The notes beneath the pieces are model-generated. The model ran no database searches and was not told the origin of the DNA. It was given only the letters and a program-made list of their open reading frames with translations. Shown piece after piece: positions 63,708-64,000 of a stretch of DNA of 64,000 bases. A program made the position numbers and the translations under genes. Source of the stretch: Candidatus Omnitrophota bacterium (lineage in GTDB: Bacteria > Omnitrophota > Gorgyraeia > B26-G9 > JBDRCZ01); assembly GCA_043821285.1 (NCBI GenBank), contig JBDRCZ010000056.1, positions 792-64,791 of the forward strand. Reading direction: 5' to 3'. Positions within the stretch are counted from its first letter, which is position 1; every line of letters starts with the position of its first letter.

Positions 63708-64000
63708 ATGAAATCTAATAATCGTCACAATCTATGCATACTTATAATCATTATCGGAATTTTTCTTTTCGTTCCTAATGCTATTTTTGCACAAGAATGG
63801 CAGTTTGTAAAAAGTGGTAAGGAATTTGGCATTAGTGGGATGGCATTGATTGAACAAAATGACGATCACCTTTCTTTTCTGGTCAACCACGACAGTAAGA
63901 AAGAAAATGATATTCGTTTGGCTATTGTTACGATTGATACTAATAACAAGATTCAGTATATTCCTTTAAACTGGCCCGAAGGTATAGATTTACCAGAGGA
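63708..64000 (+). CDS. Secreted hypothetical protein (runs off the window)
   Basis: Signal peptide, then QEWQFVKSGKEFGISGMAL...HD.K. Confidence 0.7.
   Translation, partial: MKSNNRHNLCILIIIIGIFLFVPNAIFAQEWQFVKSGKEFGISGMALIEQNDDHLSFLVNHDSKKENDIRLAIVTIDTNNKIQYIPLNWPEGIDLPE

Overview
AT-rich bacterial window in which every credible gene lies on the + strand. Gene content (paired peptidoglycan-binding proteins, OmpA/MotB, DUF4912+GH57) is reminiscent of Candidatus Omnitrophota; this is inference only. 1-28 kb is housekeeping: clpP, class V aminotransferase, serA, a Re-citrate-synthase-like enzyme, purA, purC, uppS-cdsA-dxr-rseP-ispG-proS, M48, LOG and HD-GYP. A truncated alpha-2-macroglobulin follows. 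The most striking locus is 33.5-42.6 kb: a Zn-finger-less HypA, a HypC::HydE fusion, Rex, MobA, MogA, HydG, MoaD, MoeB and two rubrerythrins. It mixes [NiFe], [FeFe] and Mo/W-cofactor maturases, with no hydF, hypBDEF or hydrogenase gene in the window. 43.4-47.7 kb is an integrase-less attC cassette array (CALIN-like); palindromic repeats appear inserted at two attC ends between 11-15 bp direct repeats. Next come a SWIM-SNF2 ATPase, TamB-like, B12-radical SAM, NYN, hicAB, GT2, a secreted kinase-like protein, DMT, SelD, a DUF5678-retropepsin pair, an ORF-less group II intron remnant and an orphan antitoxin. Intergenic regions are saturated with several REP/MITE-like palindrome families. All family assignments are from motif recognition, not database searches.
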